Of a stretch of DNA of 64,000 nt, positions 1 through 11,999 are shown piece by piece (the stretch's first letter is position 1; each line of letters starts with the position of its first letter). The stretch lies in contig OX597815.1 of assembly GCA_951406725.2 (NCBI GenBank), positions 157,046,001 through 157,110,000 on the forward strand, given 5' to 3'. The notes under the pieces were generated by a model. It did not search any database. It was not told the DNA's origin and saw only the letters and a program-made list of their open reading frames with translations. This DNA is from Octopus vulgaris (Eukaryota). The position numbers and the translations under genes are program-made.

Positions 1-679
1 AGACATGGGTAGGGGGGGGGAATTTCAAAGGTTCTAGAATAATGTAGCATCAGTCTCACTGCTTTAAAAGGGTCCACACAAGCCACCGGTACTCGTATCT
101 GTTTTGATACCACCATTAAAATGGTTTGAAACAAGATTTAAAATCTTCAACTCTTGCCGCGAGATGTACATTTTCTGACAAGGTCATGTTAGTACGGCGT
201 CTATAGTCGACTAAACCGGTTTCTATTTATGATAGAATAAATTTGAATAAATTTCAGTCTGTGTGCTTATCTCGAAAGTATTTTGTAGATTCACTGTAGT
301 CGACTTGATAAATAGTAAAGCTCGTGCTTATGCAATTGAAACTAATTTGAATACATTAAATTTGAATAAACTGAGTTCGATTGAATAAAACTACAAAACT
401 TATTTTCAGATATAAAATTTTACAAAATTTTCCCCATGAAAAAGGAAAAATTTGATAATCCTTGCTTAGTCGGTCACTTTTGCTAATAATACTTTACATT
501 TACTATAAATAATAGGTAAATGTAAAGTAATAGAAACTGCGCTATGGGTGCGATCTGTAATGTTGGGTGTCAAGCACGGGTATCTCAAATCTCTAGAGGG
601 ACGTTTACCGCTATAATTAATGGAGTTTTTTGATAACCTGTCATATTCACTACATGCTTTTTCTACAATACGCTGTAAT

Positions 680-2570
680 AATTATGAACTCTGAATCTGG
701 ATACGATTGACATAACTGCTGACGTTAATAAATCCCACGCAAATATCGAAATATATTCAGTAGATATCGATTTTTTTATCTCGCATTCTTTGACCATAAA
801 ATGTAGTGTCGAAAATAGTCATAATATACATGGTAATTTTATAGATTGATCTGAAAATGAAAACAGAAGAGCAATATCAATTGATGTAGCTTTAAAATGC
901 TGTATCGAAGCTAAAATATTCAACATAGGATTTAAACATGTCATGTTTACTTAGATCTATGTACATGATGGTCGAAAACGTGTTGTAATAACAAATGATC
1001 ATTTACTTGATTACCAAAGCAAATGTTGGAAACGTATTGGATTTTTCCCCTCTTGCAAATTTTGCTGGATGTTTTCCTTATTCCTAGGCTACAAATAAAA
1101 TCAATATTTGTTTCTTGCCAATTCAATGTCTGCAGAAACAATGTTAATCTCTTCAATACCTTGGATATTATGAAGGCAGCTCCTTTCTGTCTGAATAATC
1201 TGTTTTAACTAAGAGACCTCAATTAAAACGTAGCTTTGTATAGTAACTGTATTTACATTTGTAGCTCATTGATACCGAACAAGGTCTTTTAGTTTCGATG
1301 GCCAAGATATAATCTGTCCAAATAATGATTTATATTCTTTCTATACCAAATTTCCTGTATAAACCTACTGGTAAAGCTGTCATCCAAGAATAAAGGCTAT
1401 TAAACACCTGGACTTGACGGCAACTGTTACTAACGACATCCAATATGTGCATTTCCTATTTAAGCGACTTCCTCCAACTGAAATTCTAAAATGGAGGAAT
1501 TAATTTCTCGTGATACGTATGTAACTGTCACGACGGATCTGAAATATTCAATGACTTAATAAGTAATGACATGGATTCCACTAGATAGTTCGTCTATATA
1601 TGCACAGAAGAGCAAATATAGCTGACTGTTTTAGTAAAATGTTAATGACTATGCAAAAATTACTTACTTTGCCAATACATTTCTTTAGTGAAGCTTGAAA
1701 CCGACAGTTCTTATGAGACTAAGCGAAGGAGGGGACTTTTTAATATAAAGTTAAAATTAGAATTTGCGTAAAGATCATTAAACTTGAAAAATAAGATTTA
1801 AGTCTGGCACTGATAAGTCTCAATGTTTCTATTTTATTCACAAACCTCTTCCGATTATCTTCAAGCTATTATATAGAAAACTGCTGTATTCCTTTCAAAG
1901 TCCGATATTTTCTCCAGACAGAATTATGCTTAAGCAAACTCAATGGATCCTTGAACTTACAGATATTCTAACAACGTAGCAACGTCTTCTGGCTGTTTAG
2001 AACAGAAATACGTCGATTTCTTATTGATAATATTTTTGAAGGCTTCATTATTACCAGTTTAAGTTAGTTAAGTAACTTCTCCGCTAATAGATTTTATTCT
2101 TCATCTAGCAGATTGCCATAACCGAGATAATGACCTATGCTGCATCTGAGTCCCGGTTTCTTTATTACCGTGTTACACCCTTTCTCGTTTCCATAAAGGC
2201 GCTTTTTGCAGTATTATCCAGTTTTAACGTTCGAATTATCGTAAAGCAATGTGAACGAAAACTAGGTTCATTTAGCAAGGAAACTATACGAAGCGAAGGA
2301 ACGATTCTCTCTTGAAATCTGGAGTCATTAGGGCATATTTTAAATGTGACCAGCTCGGTATTTTTTTTATATATAAATTTAATAAATGCTTCTTCTGCAT
2401 ATTAGTTCAACATTTTGAATTCATGGATCAGTCTTATCTTGATCTTTAGTGAGAAATAACGTACATAGTATATAGATTCTTTCAACGTATTCCAACATTC
2501 TCTGAATGATTTATCAACAATAATTTCAAATTTCCCTTCAGGAAGTAATTCAAATTTTTACTTGAGTCAT
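680..2570 (-). pseudogene. possible decayed coding sequence (unidentified)
   Basis: Non-repetitive sequence with several protein-like partial frames on the minus strand broken by stops/frameshifts (e.g. ~77 aa at 2400-2165), plus a GT-AG intron candidate at 1667-1486. Confidence 0.25.
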
Positions 2571-3815
2571 AACAATTATTGTAGTCTATATTTGTGTCAG
2601 TTAATTAAGCCAAAACTAAGTCTTTAAGCTAAATTTTCTGTTAAAGATAACTAGAATAGAATGTAAGTCGATAACATTTGTATTAAATGTCTTAGAAGTT
2701 AATGATTATCAAATATTTAAGTGATATACTAAGCTTGTAATTTCATTAGTTATAAATTCTATAAAAAATTTATCACTGAAATTTTAATTTACTGATCTTT
2801 ACAGCCTAAGAATTTTTCTATTATCTTGTATGTTTTTAATAATCCATTAGAAGTTAAGAATGCGGTTTCATTTCTTTCTTAAATTTTTATCGTTTACAAT
2901 CTGTGCTTTATATATACATGCTTACTGACAACTAGAATTCACTACCTAACTGTGACTCGTTTCGAACATCACAGGAATAGTGATGCCCGACTTCCAGTAA
3001 TATAATTACTTACAGGATTCTGTAATTTGAACATTTCATTATATTACAAAAATGTTATTTGGCCACAGTGAGCCTTTCCGTGTTTGCTTGACCTGCTATA
3101 AACGGCAGCAAGAATTCAAGTTCCTCCTGAAAAGGGTTTGCTAAATTGGATGTAGTTAGATAATGGTCGTACAAGAAAGACATTTGCCCACACATTTTTA
3201 AAAAATTTTAGATTTGAAAATCTCATTTACAACTGGACTTAGAAAATATAAAAGTTGGTCAGTTGAAAATTTGGTTTTCACTTAAATTATATCAAGAATT
3301 AAATTATAGGTAAAATATTTTAGTGTTGATTCAGTCAACAAAATAACACTTATCTAAAGTTTGCTATTCTGCTGCTACTGAGTGGGTATTTTGATCTCAA
3401 GAATAAGGATTTTACTAGAAAGATATGACTTCTAAGAAGGGCTGTTACATTGTCATTTGTGATGTTTTTGTGTATTTCTTATTCTGGTGGTGGTGTTTGA
3501 GGGGAACCATTTTAATTCTTATATCAATTAAATTTTTTTATTGGATTTGATATTTAAGCACACAAAGAAGAGCTCTAAAATTGTATTTCTCTGTGCAATA
3601 AATTTAATCAGTACTAGTTTTTTTTTTTATTTTGCTTCAGTATTTTATGAAATCCAGTTAAATCATTTCTTCCCAGACTGTCTGTAGAATAACTTCAGTT
3701 TCTTTTAACATTAACTTAGAGAACGCTTGTGATAAAGTAATTTGTATAAAATGCTGTGACATATTTAAAATATCAAACCGTTCTCCTCTCATTTTCATAG
3801 CGTTTTCTCTTCTAG

Positions 3816-3952
3816 GTTCTCAAATAAAGTGCAATTTTGAGACAGACGTTTGTAATTATGAGTGGAATCCTACAAAAGAAACGCGTTTTTTAACCAAATC
3901 TTCCACAAAACAATGTCCTGATGGTTGCCTCATTATATCAGCTTCAAACTCG
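3816..3952 (+). CDS. MAM-domain protein, exon A1 (start of MAM domain 1)
   Basis: Pyrimidine-rich acceptor ttttctcttctag|, donor |gtatgt. Translates SQIKCNFETDVCNYEWNPTKETRFLTKSSTKQCPDGCLIISASNS, with the MAM-type CNFE-x2-VC-x3-W start. Phase 1 in, phase 0 out. Confidence 0.8.
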
Positions 3953-4396
3953 GTATGTTAAGCTTGTTTAAGGAACACCTTTTTTCACATGTTTTTGTAG
4001 TTGAGAATGAAGCTAAACTATTAGAATGTTTTCAGAGTGCTTTGAATTACTACGTGCTTTTGTAAGTTGCATATAGGTAATTGGTATGCAAAACATTCAA
4101 TCTGGGTAACAACTGCCATTTGGTTATGGTAGCAAGAAAGAAAATGCAACTGAACTCAAAGGTATTGACACATTTGGAAAGCATTTTCGTGACGGTCGAC
4201 TCCATAATTGCATGATACATTTCGATCCATACAATCACACCTTTTTATCACTAGAAGTATACTGATCAACGGGGACAAATAAGTGCGTTTGTAGATTTTC
4301 ATACTAAGGTTTACTTGTTAGAGGCAGATGTTGCTTCAATCTTGAACATCGTGTAAAAACACATTTAAGACGCGAGTTATTTTATTTTCCCCAAAG

Positions 4397-4618
4397 ATCA
4401 AGAGCGAAGTTCGATCACCAGTGCAGTCTTATAAGGGACCGTCTTGTCTTGCAATAAAATATCGCATAGGAAGGCCTGGAAAGTTGGACATGAACCTGTA
4501 CGTTACTGATCCGAGTGAAAACAAAAACTTCAATGTATGGCACTTCTATGGTCCCAAAGAGAATTTGAATTTTCACTGGTTTATAAAAGATATAGACGTC
4601 AATTTCTCTTTAATCCAG
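4397..4618 (+). CDS. MAM-domain protein, exon A2
   Basis: Acceptor ttttccccaaag|, donor cag|gtaggt, 222 nt open. IKSEVRSPVQSYKGPSCLAIKYRIGRPGKLDMNLYV...VWHFYG...W matches the MAM core (L-x-SP...CL-x-F-x-Y). Confidence 0.85.
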
Positions 4619-4893
4619 GTAGGTAAAAGACTTCGCTATTTAAACAAACTATATTTTTCCTTATTAGTTTAAAATTATAGTATAAAAGTATGTGCTCTTT
4701 TTGCTCTAAAACATGTAACATTGTTTGTTGAATTTGAGGACTTTTCACATCGTTAATTGAAAGTGCGCAAAATTTAGTTGTAAAATATAATTTTAAACGT
4801 GGAAATCTGTACGATATGAAAAACGTCTGTGCTGTGTGTCGTATCTACGCGAGCGTAAAAAGTATTTCTGTTACCATCGTAATATATTTTCAG

Positions 4894-4984
4894 CTCCTAT
4901 TAACAGTTAAATCACAAAGAGATTCAGTTCATCTATATCTGTCTGAAGTCTGGTTTGACTCTGTACCATGTCAAGAATCTTTAC
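4894..4984 (+). CDS. MAM-domain protein, exon A3 (end of MAM domain 1)
   Basis: Acceptor ttttcag|, donor |gtaagt, 91 nt. LLLTVKSQRDSVHLYLSEVWFDSVPCQESL carries the terminal MAM Cys. Phase 0 to 1. Confidence 0.8.
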
Positions 4985-6688
4985 GTAAGTGGCATTTTGA
5001 TATTTGTTTTACAGTAACTAACGTTTATTCATATAGTTTTATTTTCTATAAGAGAAAATGGTTTTAATATCGACATTGAAAATTATAGTTTTATATATTT
5101 CCAAACAGCTCTGATTGCAATATAAAAAATTTGCTAATTGATAGTTTCAAAAAGAATTGTAATGACTTTCCTTAGGGTATAAAATTCTGAGAACCTGAAA
5201 TTATCATTCATACGATTCCCGTGGAAGGAGAGGGTATCGACTGGTTCGAAATTGCATCCTACCGTCTTTGAAAGTTGCACAATACATATGAGGGTTTATA
5301 AAAACTAGATTTTAGAATTCATCACTGTTCTTTTCGACACTCACTGTACTACAATAATTTTAAGTACGCATTATCGAAGCAAGTGTGAAATAACGGAATG
5401 TAAATCATTTTCAAATGTTAATACCATTGTACTTCATTTTAGCATTGTGAAAAGTTAGCATTTTACATTTTGACAACCAATAAAGTCTCTTGAAAGCTTA
5501 GCGCTCAATATATTGGCACTGGAACTATATTTCTTTAACTTTCACGGATATAAAATCTTGGACTGGTTTAAGGTAACGCGCTTATTTCTATTAGATATGA
5601 TTCCAGTTGAGGTATCCTTTACCGTGCAGTGACGGTTGACTTGTTTTATGAATTTTAACTTGCCTTTATAGCAAATATGATAGAAATTTTATAGCTAATG
5701 TTATGAATATCCAAATAATTTAATTGATTTTTGACTAATTATTTCAGTTAGTTGCAAATAGTGTTCTAGATTTCACACGAGGGAAAAATCGGGTCTCCTG
5801 ATATGACAACTAGATTTCGTGACTGGGTATCGAACCATGTTTATTACCGAGATGTTTTAGATAAATGCAGGAAGATATTTCTTCTGCTTTTATTTTGAAA
5901 TGTTCATTTTAATGCGAGTTTTTAATCTGTATACTATTTAGCTTAAACATTTTACGAAAACGATTTAGCTATATTGCTATACTTTCTGTCAAAAGGCCAC
6001 ATTCTGAATTTCTTTGAATAACTCAACACCAGTATTTACCGTAAACTTTTCAGTAAACACCAAAGTGTCAAATGCACTCGGTTGGAGGGCACTGCATGAT
6101 TAAATACAAAAAGATGTCGTTAGATATTTTTGGTGCTATTTTTTCTATGTATCTATCACAGTAAACAACTGTTTGTTTCCGGTAAAACAAACTTATTCAA
6201 CAAAATGTTGGGTTACATACGAGTATTAAGGAAAAAGCTTCGATATAACGATATACTAACGTATTTTTGTTTAATTTTTTAGATCTTTTCCATATTTCCA
6301 CTGGTATCAAACTATTTTAAGATGCTACATGGAGCCTTTGATTAATCTATTGAATCGATGCCAATGTTAACTGGACGCATTTTTATGCTCAAACTCCGGT
6401 TATAAAAGGAACAAACCTCGAAGTTTGAACCTAAACACAAACCGTTGACTAATTTTTAATACTAGAACGTGTGTTTTTAACACATTTTTCTAAATTTGCA
6501 AATATTTAAAAATGAAATTTGAAAGCATGTTTTAGACAATTAGGAAGGGTACTTTAACCAATAACATTACAGTACAAGGGTATCAAAAACAATATAATAA
6601 CTTAGTTTAGATTGACATTTTAGAACAAAATGTTCCCACATAATGATGCTAAATGATTCGTAATCTGATCTTACCTCTTATCTTGCAG

Positions 6689-6834
6689 GTAAGTGCAATC
6701 ACAGCAATTTACCATGCATGTTTCGACCTAATGAAAACGGTAATTGGAAAGACGCTAGACGAGGAGTTACCTTTGGAAATGAGAAAATTTCTATTTCGGA
6801 GAAAAATCATTTCGCCAACCATGGATGGTTACGA
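6689..6834 (+). CDS. MAM-domain protein, exon B1 (start of MAM domain 2)
   Basis: Acceptor tcttgcag|, donor |gtaggt, 146 nt, phase compatible with neighbours. KCNHSNLPCMFRPNENGNWKDARRGVTFGNEKISISEKNHFANHGWLR. Confidence 0.65.
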
Positions 6835-7034
6835 GTAGGTTTCTTTTTATAAATGTATCGCTTTTCTTACTATGAACACTACTTCTTATACACTTTAAAA
6901 ACTTTTATTCTATTTATATTTTTCATGGGAATGTTTCATTTCTCATTCAGACCTAATATATTAGTTCAAATTTAAAGATAAACCTTTTTATATTCAATCA
7001 AAATTAATTTAAATCGTTTGCGGTTTCATTTCAG

Positions 7035-7259
7035 AGCTCATCGAATACAAATACAGTACGAAGTTCTTTAATGTACTTGAATGGAATTGGTTGTTTGATA
7101 TTTAATTTCTATGCGCATGGATTTCTTCCACATGGAATAATGTTAACGAAATTCAATGCGTATTATGCAAACAAAGATATTATATGGAAATCTGATTACA
7201 GAAAGCAATTGAGGAACCCTCTCATACAAATTGAAATCGAATCAAAAGGATATTTTACT
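7035..7259 (+). CDS. MAM-domain protein, exon B2
   Basis: Acceptor ttcatttcag|, donor |gtaagc, 225 nt open. SSSNTNTVRSSLMYLNGIGCLIFNFYAHG...IIWKSD...QIEIESKGYFT (MAM CLxFxY motif). Confidence 0.82.
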
Positions 7260-7372
7260 GTAAGCTTATTCTTGTCTTCAGTACAGTTTTTTTGATTTTT
7301 GATAGAAAATGTGTAAAAAATATTACTTAAAGGAACAATGCCACATTGTCCTAAATATTGGGAAAATATTTA

Positions 7373-7443
7373 GTCAATTTGCTCGACTAAACTTTTCAGG
7401 GCGGTGCTCCAGCATGGCCGCAGTCAAATACAGCAAGTGAAAG
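7373..7443 (+). mobile_element. SINE group B 3' fragment
   Basis: gctcgactaaa...ggcggtgctccagcatggccgcagtcaaat matches the 3' end of the copy at 16887-17305. Confidence 0.7.
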
Positions 7444-7769
7444 TTTAATATTTGTGTTACAATCCTAGATATTGGTACTAAAACAATTATCTACGGACGA
7501 ATGTGCTTTCTCCAAATGCATTCTATGTCTTCTGAATTCTGGACGCAAGTATAGTAATATCTGATCAACATACAGCGATGTTAACGAATTTGATTTATCG
7601 ACCAGTTGTCAAATTATATTGTAAAACAATCTTTATCCAGTGTCAATTAACGCTTTTGAGTTATTTGATATACGAATTAGAATTTAGTTTAAAATTTCAT
7701 ACTTTAAATAACATGGATTGTATGCATGTATGTATGTGTGTGTGTACACAAACTCTAGAGTGCTTTGTG

Positions 7770-7862
7770 CAATGTTGTACTAAGTTTCGAATCTCAGCGC
7801 TGTAATTTCAAATCGTGCCGAGGTCAACTTTGCCTTTTATATTTTTGAAATCGACGAATTAG
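7770..7862 (+). mobile_element. degenerate SINE group A fragment
   Basis: ttcaaatcgtgccgaggtcaactttgcctttt matches the core of the 52395 copy. Confidence 0.6.
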
Positions 7863-8089
7863 GAATTTAGGCCGGTAGATTAGCAAACCTTTTACAGACG
7901 GTCGGACGATTCATTGCGGTGTCTATTCGAGCGCTTTGCGTCCTAACGATGAATCTTGTCGATCTTCATGTTCTCTTGGGCAATTCACTAAGTTTTCCCA
8001 CGTCCTTCCCAGGACCGCGCGTTGAAAGATTTCTTGGTGCAGACAGTCTAAAGCCGACAAACGTCACTCCTTACACACGTATGCACGGT

Positions 8090-8260
8090 TTGATAGAATC
8101 GACCTAGTCTCAGGGCTGTATCGAGTTCCATTCTCTGCTAGGAATGGTTTCTGCAGTTGGATGCCCTTCCTCAGGCCAACCACTTTATCTACAAGGGAAT
8201 ATTTTCCTGCCACCACCAATAGTGAGGTCGCAAAGTAAGACAGTGGGGAAAGGAATGTCC
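8090..8260 (-). mobile_element. RTE-LINE-type 3' UTR fragment
   Basis: ggtttctgcagttggatgcccttcctcaggccaaccact matches the RTE 3' UTR at 40460-40498. Confidence 0.5.
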
Positions 8261-9069
8261 CCTCCACTGTGACGGTGGTAATATTAAGTGGGGATGTAGT
8301 TGTTTGCCAGGTATTGAGTGGCGAAGATGTATATGGGCACAAGCACAAATGCCTTGCTATGAAGGAGACGCGTGGCTACTCGGTATTATAGAGGGGTGGA
8401 TGGTAGTATTTGAAAAGTAGATGGTTGTGACTAGATACCAGAGCATCTCAAGATCTTCTCACATCTAACTATATTCATCTCTACCCGCATACAATGTCTG
8501 GTTAGGGGAAACGCCAGAATGGAAAGGTGAGGTGAGACAAAACTGGATAAAGGTCATGCTGGCATTCTATTTTTTATTAAATGAAGTAACAAGATATTTG
8601 CTATAAAACTGGTAAAAGTTGGGTGTTTTTTGTTGGTTTTTTTTTGTTTTTTTTTTTTTTTTTTTGTAATGTCATAACGTTTCAAGTTTCCTGTTATGAA
8701 ATAGCTGTCTGAGAGATTTTACATTTTCAACCGCTTCGAATCTGCATGCGGCAACAGGACATAGCCAATAGCTAAACTAAATAGAATTCAAAAATAATTA
8801 TCGTATCTCCGAAAATATAAAATTCTAAATATAAAGAAGCAGTATTTCAGTTTTAGTATATTTATTGTAATTGCTATATAAATGTCTAAATTTACACGAA
8901 TCTCCCAAACAGTAAGTCACTATACGAACTTACAATAATCAATATGTTTAATATTGTGTTTAGTATATTAAACTTATCTCTCGAATAAACGTCTGTAGAA
9001 ATGAAGTCTGAAATGTTCTAAAATAATCTGGTTTTACATATAGCAAATTTTATTTCTGTTTCCGTTTAG

Positions 9070-9192
9070 TTGGAGTTTTCAATACTGAAAGAAGACTTGT
9101 TTGTGAGTTATGAAATTGAAGATTTTGAAATGCATTCCGGTCATTGCACTAGAAGTTCTCGTACTATTATACAGACATTGCACCAACACTAG
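9070..9192 (+). CDS. MAM-domain protein, exon B3 (probable terminal coding exon)
   Basis: Acceptor ttccgtttag|. LEFSILKEDLFVSYEIEDFEMHSGHCTRSSRTIIQTLHQH* resembles the MAM C-terminal 'IxIDDxxxxxGxC'. TAG at 9190-9192. Confidence 0.75.
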   Translation: MEFSILKEDLFVSYEIEDFEMHSGHCTRSSRTIIQTLHQH

Positions 9193-9222
9193 ATGAATAT
9201 TTCAGTTATAAGAAACATTTGA

Positions 9223-9228
9223 AATAAA
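9223..9228 (+). terminator. candidate polyadenylation signal AATAAA of the MAM gene
   Basis: AATAAA 30 nt after the stop, followed by T-rich sequence. The hexamer is common in AT-rich DNA. Confidence 0.4.
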
Positions 9229-9769
9229 TTTTCTCTAAGTAAACGCCTTTCTTGTTATTTCTTTAAATTTTTAAAACTGAATTCTGAGCAAATATTTTAG
9301 CATTTTTGCAACCACGTGATTTCGAGTTCAATTCTAATAAGCATTTTGGTTTAGTATCTTCAACACCGGACCGAATAGTGACTTGTAAATTTAGTTGTTG
9401 GAACTGTGTGGGTGTGTTGTAATGTAATGGTTATTCTATGCTGGGGTGGATATGATGGTTTGACAGGTCAGATGGCTGCAATAAGTACATCTTTCTCCAA
9501 TATGTGCTTGAGTATAGTTTGTCTACATGACATTCTAATACCAACCACTTTTGGGGGACTTTTTTTTTTTTTTTCTTCTTCACCAGCACTAGTTGGGGGT
9601 CATCATGCAGCATACAAGACCAAGAGCCCCTTCGACTGCATTGAACTACGGTCGAGAGGAAAGCGGCTTTATGCTCGGAGATGATAGAGGTAACCAGAAC
9701 CGAAAAAATTTCTTCCTCTATAGAATCAACTCGCATTATAGAGGCTAGGAAACCTGGGAATATGCATGT

Positions 9770-9804
<35 letters not shown>

Positions 9805-10354
9805 TGGTGATGAGGTATTATCGATGGATTGTCAATGTAGATTAATGGGTACAGAAGTGTGTGTGTGTGTGTGTGTGGACAGACGGACGGACGGACGGAC
9901 GTACGTTTGAACGATGATGCCAAAGGTTAAAATAGCTCACTGCAGGTAAAGGAGTGGAGCATAGATAATGGAATGGTGCAAGAAAGATGACGCGTGGCTG
10001 AAGGTTGGAAAACATGAAATTGTTCCAGGTCGCAAGAATAAGTATCATGGAAAAACTAAGCTGTTAATTTGCCCTCAATCTTGAGAAAATTGGGCGGAGT
10101 GGCAGAGGACAGTTCTGCGTATCTATACACATTGCTTCAAGGAATTTCGTTGAGGGTGGGGCGTCCACGTGAAAACCATATCGCGAGACCTTTTAGATTT
10201 CATATATTCCATGTGTTCTGTATTTGTGACTGCCGAGCTCTGACTTTGCACTACGCAACAGAATGGTGCTTTCATTCTTCACAAAGAATGGTTTTGCTGT
10301 TTAACAAAGCACTTTTGTTACATTTCTTGAAGATGTAATCTATTTTATTTTTGT

Positions 10355-10615
10355 GTTCACCAGATTCGTAGTCGTTGACTTGAACGGCTAGTTTCCAGTG
10401 TGTTGAAAATAGATCAATCGCATCACAGACCACAAGCCTAATAGTCTCATTTCTTGAACCAGAGCCTCACTGTATGTCATAGAAGCGTTCATGTTGACCA
10501 ACATGTCCATTGAACTTGCCGGCCACAAAATGAAATTGTTGTCAATCGTAGAGGTAATCGGCAGAACGGTTTCTTAAAAACGGTCCTTATCTTCTGTAAA
10601 TCCTGCCTGTTGGGT
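10355..10615 (-). mobile_element. RTE LINE endonuclease relic
   Basis: Minus-strand translation includes FVAGKFNGHVGQ (APE 'GDFNGHVG' motif) and CDAIDL, with stops. Confidence 0.6.
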
Positions 10616-10639
10616 GTATGCAGAGATAATGTTGTATAT

Positions 10640-11300
10640 AACCTATTCTCATTTTTATCTTATCACACGTGCTGACTGCCTCAGTTACTTTATCCATTTC
10701 TCAGCAAGCAGAATGCCTACTCCACTCCACATGTACACACTTAAGTATGAAGAGAAAATTTACCGCTGTAAATTATCAAACGGTCATATTCGCAAACACT
10801 GCAGTATATATTTCCGTCTATCAAATCCACTCAATGTTGTTTTGCTCGGCCACAGGGTATAAAGTAAACACTTACCCAAGGTGTCGGTGGGACTGAACGC
10901 GGAGCCAGGTGGCTGGAGGCAACCTTCTTATGACAGCCACTCCTGCGCGCATGTTTTAGTCTAACTGCAGCCGTGCTGGGGTACCGCCTTGAGTTTTAAT
11001 TGAACGAATTGATCTTAGTGCTTTTTTAAAGCCTGGTACATATTCTGTCTCTTTTGCCAAGCACCGACATTAGTAGGACGTAAACATACCAACGCCGGTT
11101 GTCAAACGGTGGTAGGACACTCACACAGATACATGGAGATATGTGACTGGCTTCTTTCAATTTCTGTTTACCAAAATCCACTCACAAGGCTTTGGTCAGC
11201 CCGAAGTTATGGTAGAACACACTTGCCTAAGGTGCTACGCATTGAGACTAAACCTAGAACAATGTGGTTAAGAAAGTTTAAAACATAGCCACACATTCGC
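10640..11300 (-). mobile_element. two tandem degenerate SINE group B copies
   Basis: Both carry acacttacccaaggtg...gggactgaac...cagccactcctgcgc (reverse complement of the tRNA-like head and CORE-like segment). Heads end at ~10950 and ~11300. Confidence 0.75.
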
Positions 11301-11315
11301 ATTTATATAATTACG

Positions 11316-11513
11316 CAGACATCCCTTGACTATTGCGAGTGTTATGCTCCGAAAACCCCCCGCCATAGGTGAAAATCCGCGAAGTATAAACAGTATGGTA
11401 CTGTATATTATTTTATAAATTGTATATATTTTACTATAAATGCAAAACAATAGGAGAATCCACATCAGCTAATAAATCCACATAATAAACCGCGGTATGT
11501 CGTGGGATTACTG
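11316..11513. mobile_element. pogo/Tigger-like MITE
   Basis: Imperfect TIRs cagacatcccttgactattgcg / cgcggtatgtcgtgggattactg, TA after the right end, no ORF. Confidence 0.55.
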
Positions 11514-11814
11514 TATTTATAAATTGTTCCTATGTATGGATTGGTAAATATTTGTGATAGCAAATAAGTATTCGATAAAATATTTTCTATACATTTTTAA
11601 AAGCGGAAGTTTCACGTTGCACAAGCGAAATATTATAAAATATAAGAGTAGTTGAATTCTCGTCGAAATCTAGGTTATACCCTTAATTTCTAAGCTAATT
11701 GAAAACAAATGCACATACAAGAATTTCTTGGACTCCAGGAGCGTTTACAAAGATATACTGCACTTACGAAGTGAGATTATGAGTTCCTTTGCACCTTATA
11801 TTTCTGTATATTTA

Positions 11815-11862
<48 letters not shown>

Positions 11863-11999
11863 ATGTATATAAATAAGTTATCACCAAGCTAACATGGCAG
11901 TCCAGAAAAATAGGACGAATGCTGCCGTTGATTAGCTCCAAAAGGCCATCGCCTCTAGCTAGCTATGTGACATACGAACCGGTGTTTCCACTGAATTTA

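Noticed and set aside
6653-6838. 61-aa ORF from the track as a standalone gene
   Set aside because: A different frame fits as a MAM exon, with matching splice phases and a Cys/Trp pattern.
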